NCBI GenBank assembly: GCA_963662655.2
Contig: CAXXTU010000001.1
Location: forward strand, 9,751-73,750
Source of the DNA: Candidatus Cloacimonadales bacterium
GTDB taxonomy: Bacteria > Cloacimonadota > Cloacimonadia > Cloacimonadales > JAIOQZ01
Length of the DNA: 64,000 nt
Direction of reading: 5' to 3'
In this document: piece by piece, positions 61,739-64,000 of the stretch
Numbering within the stretch: the first letter of the stretch is position 1
How the letters are laid out: each line of letters starts with the position of its first letter
Made by a program: the position numbers and the translations under genes
Notes under the pieces: generated by a model
Seen by the model: only the letters and a program-made list of their open reading frames with translations
The model's database searches: none
What the model was told of the DNA's origin: nothing

Positions 61739-62419
61739 TCAGCGCTCCAGTATGTTTATTCGGTTCGAGAGTTCATTGGTGTCGTCCGCCTTGATGGGGA
61801 AATGCGTTTCGAGAAGGTTTCCGCACATCTCAACGGCCTTACACAGGGAATCGGCCAGCTTCCGGTTACAAATGCCTTTGATAATGATATCGACAATATG
61901 ATCCCACTCGTCCTGTGGAATCTTCTCCGCGATGCCCTTATCGGCGATCAACTCGACTCTCCGCTCGAGCTGCGAGATAAAAATGAGAATCCCGGTGCGA
62001 TCACGGGTATCGTACACGCCCGAATCGAGAAACTCGCGGTGCGCGCGCTGCTTCACCTTTTCTTCCCGGTATCTGCGCGGAACGATCAGACGATCGATCA
62101 AAGGGATATTCGCCAGCGCGTACGCGATGGAGATAATCAGAAAGCTGCCGAAGCCGTAGAACATGACCAGCGGATATGCCCTGCTCTCGACGCCCGAGCC
62201 CCAGAAAAGGCTCGAAAGCCAGTTCTCGATTCCTTGAATCCAGAACAGCATCGCGACGAAGCAGACGAAGCCGCAGACAACGGCGGTCATCAATTCAAAA
62301 ATCGCATAGCTGTCGCTCTGTGGGATCATCGCAAGGGCAATTTCACCCGAGGTGTTCTTCTCCGCCTTCTCTACAGATTTACCGATTCGTTCGATTTCCT
62401 CTTGCGCAAGCTTGATCAT
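61739..62419 (-). CDS. TPM-domain membrane protein
   Basis: SGEIALAMIPQSDSY...TGILIFISQLERRVELIADKGIAEKIPQDEWDHIV with inserted TM helices. It has the typical position between lemA and the ygcG-like gene. Confidence 0.7.
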   Translation of the reverse strand: MIKLAQEEIERIGKSVEKAEKNTSGEIALAMIPQSDSYAIFELMTAVVCGFVCFVAMLFWIQGIENWLSSLFWGSGVESRAYPLVMFYGFGSFLIISIAYALANIPLIDRLIVPRRYREEKVKQRAHREFLDSGVYDTRDRTGILIFISQLERRVELIADKGIAEKIPQDEWDHIVDIIIKGICNRKLADSLCKAVEMCGNLLETHFPIKADDTNELSNRINILER

Positions 62420-63048
62420 TTATCCTTCGCCTTGTCCATCAGTTCCTGCACGTTCGGAGCCTGATCCGCTCCTTGCTGGGCGGTGAAGTAAGGCCTCTCG
62501 TCAAAACCCATCAAGTTGGCAATGAACATCGCGGGGAACTTCTTGATCGCTGTGTTGTATGCACGGGCGGTCTCGTTGAAGCGTTGACGCTCGACCGTGA
62601 TCCGGTTCTCGGTTCCTTCGAGCTGACTCTGAAGAGCCAGGAAATTCTCGTTCGCCTTCAGATCCGGATATCTTTCCACCACGACCATCAGCCGGGAGAG
62701 CGCACCGCCAAGAGAATTCTGCGCTTGCTGGAACTGCTGGAAAGCAGCCGGGTTGTTCAGCATGTCTTGACCGACCTGGATCGTGCCGCCAACCTTTGCG
62801 CGAGCTTCGGTAACGGCAGTCAGCGTTTCCTGCTCGTGAATGGCGTATCCCTGAACGGTCGCGACAAGATTGGGAATTAAATCGAAGCGACGTTGGTAAA
62901 CGTTCTCGACCTGGCTCCATTTCTCCTTAACGGCTTCGTCCATCGCCACAAGCGAGTTATAGGTGTTTTTACCCCAGATAAATACGGATATTACGGCAAT
63001 AAGCAGTATCGCAAAAACGATAAGACAACCAATCGCGAATTTCTTCAT
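62416..63048 (-). CDS. lemA: LemA family protein
   Basis: N-terminal TM helix, then NTYNSLVAMDEAVKEKWSQVENVYQRRFDLIPNLVATVQGYAIHEQETL...ERYPDLKANENFLALQSQLEGTENRI. Confidence 0.9.
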   Translation of the reverse strand: MKKFAIGCLIVFAILLIAVISVFIWGKNTYNSLVAMDEAVKEKWSQVENVYQRRFDLIPNLVATVQGYAIHEQETLTAVTEARAKVGGTIQVGQDMLNNPAAFQQFQQAQNSLGGALSRLMVVVERYPDLKANENFLALQSQLEGTENRITVERQRFNETARAYNTAIKKFPAMFIANLMGFDERPYFTAQQGADQAPNVQELMDKAKDK

Positions 63049-63090
63049 TTCTCCTCCAGCGTGATATAAAAATTGTGTATTGAAAGAATG

Positions 63091-63405
63091 TTATTTCTTG
63101 GGTTCACTGTTTTCAGTATCTTTGTCTTCGTTCGTTTCGTTTCCACGGATGTAGGTTGTGGGTTCTTCGTTCAGATTGCTGAGCTGGCTAATGAACCGAT
63201 TGAAACTCAGGTTGGCAACGCGCATGTAGATACCGAAAAGCACAAAACCAAGAACGATCGTCATCAAACTCAGGTAGAAATAGAATTCGATATCTGTATC
63301 ACCGATAAATTTCATGAAAAAGAATCCGAAGCCAAGAATCCCGGCAGCCAGGAAAATATATGCAAGCACAGTAAAAATTCTGTTTACAATCGTAGGATTT
63401 ACCAT
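63091..63405 (-). CDS. hypothetical small membrane protein (104 aa)
   Basis: Two hydrophobic helices and an acidic/polar tail. No family recognised. Confidence 0.45.
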   Translation of the reverse strand: MVNPTIVNRIFTVLAYIFLAAGILGFGFFFMKFIGDTDIEFYFYLSLMTIVLGFVLFGIYMRVANLSFNRFISQLSNLNEEPTTYIRGNETNEDKDTENSEPKK

Positions 63406-63602
63406 TTTATCCCCTTTTCGAGAAAATTCATTTTATCACAATCTATATCATGTGTCTTTTATCTTTTAAATTGTCAAGCACAAATATGAATTATCCGCGA
63501 TACACAGTCTTGAAGCATCGTGCAAAATCGAAGCGGGACGATTCTCCAAAGGTTTTCCTCGACAGATTCACCGCCGGGTGATCACCTGCAACCGGAGGCG
63601 AA

Positions 63603-64000
63603 ATGAACGAGGCCGAGTTTTCCAGGTTTGTGAGCAACCACCAAGTTGTCCTTCTCGACGGGGGTTGGGGGCATCAATTGCTCCAATACGGCACTCCATG
63701 CCCCGATTACCTGAACATCGTAAATCCCGCCGCTGTAAAGAAGATTGCCGAATCATTCCTTCGAGCCGGATCGGCCATCATCGGTACGAACACCTTTGGG
63801 GCCAACAGAATTCGACTCAGTGATCTCGACTTGGATAAGCACGCAAGAGAGATCAATCGACGCGGTGCGGACATTTCCCTGAATGCAGCCGCCGGCAAAG
63901 CCCTTGTGGCGGGGACAATCGGACCGGCGGTCAGCGTGTGGAACATATCGCTCTCGAATCGGCTTTACGATTGTTTCGCCGAGCAGGCGATGTTCCTCAG
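63603..64000 (+). CDS. homocysteine S-methyltransferase-domain protein (MetH N-terminal-like), partial; not in supplied ORF track
   Basis: Hand translation from ATG 63603 (GGAGG 63594-63598): MNEAEFSRFVSNHQVVLLDGGWGHQLL...PAAVKKIAESFLRAGSAIIGTNTFGANR... fits the Hcy-binding domain (LLDGG.G..L / Y..AGa.ii.TNTF.a). The frame is open to the window end. Confidence 0.8.
   Translation, partial: MNEAEFSRFVSNHQVVLLDGGWGHQLLQYGTPCPDYLNIVNPAAVKKIAESFLRAGSAIIGTNTFGANRIRLSDLDLDKHAREINRRGADISLNAAAGKALVAGTIGPAVSVWNISLSNRLYDCFAEQAMFL

Noticed and set aside
63406-63602. Possible SAM, SAH or cobalamin riboswitch in the ~200-nt leader of the MetH-like gene.
   Set aside because: I could not find the conserved cores (no B12-box-like or SAM-I/SAH signature) by eye. 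A covariance-model scan would be needed, so it is not reported as a feature.

Overview
64-kb bacterial chromosomal window. Four predicted secreted proteins end in the NPFNP-type Por/FlgD-Ig-like C-terminal sorting domain, so the host probably uses a T9SS. No finer taxonomy can be read from the sequence alone.

Layout:
1. 1-1520: FG-GAP surface protein. It runs off the window edge and is absent from the supplied ORF track.
2. ~1.7-11.3 kb: by eye a more GC-rich Mu-like transposable prophage only ~9.6 kb long. It carries a CI/LexA-type repressor, a Ner-like HTH, MuA-like DDE transposase, MuB-like ATPase, DUF3164, GemA-like protein, TerS, a frame-broken TerL and a Mu F-like protein. There are no portal, capsid, tail or lysis genes. 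Only one end shows a repeat array (TTTACAnnCG).
3. 11.3-17.1 kb: APH-family kinase, ICMT-like methyltransferase and two T9SS cargo proteins.
4. 17.2-25.5 kb: a near-consensus sigma54 promoter followed by asnB, translationally coupled to a 2151-aa multi-module glycosyltransferase.
5. 25.5-31.8 kb: hairpin repeats, then a TPR-type sigma54 activator followed on the same strand by two palindromes, a sigma54 promoter and a 74-aa ORF. Also an orphan EcfT, a Cache sensor with a DHp/H-box but no ATPase domain, and a nucleotidyltransferase-like gene.
6. tRNA-Lys(CTT).
7. 32-40.5 kb: PEGA/FGE-sulfatase lipoprotein, HDOD-CheY-CheZ-like trio, and a five-gene RR/RR-SHOCT/PAS-HK/NtrC operon.
8. 40.5-51.4 kb: surface-polysaccharide genes (FemAB-like, deacetylase-like, GT4s, WecA/MraY-type), a secreted Reg_prop propeller and aroB.
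9. 51.6-64 kb: housekeeping genes (mutS, TPR-SPOR, U32 peptidase, rho), patatin, two unlisted small ORFs, LemA-TPM-TPM and a partial MetH-like gene.

No rRNA, CRISPR array, integrase or reverse transcriptase was seen. All family assignments come from motif recognition by eye in the translated ORFs and need HMM/BLAST confirmation.
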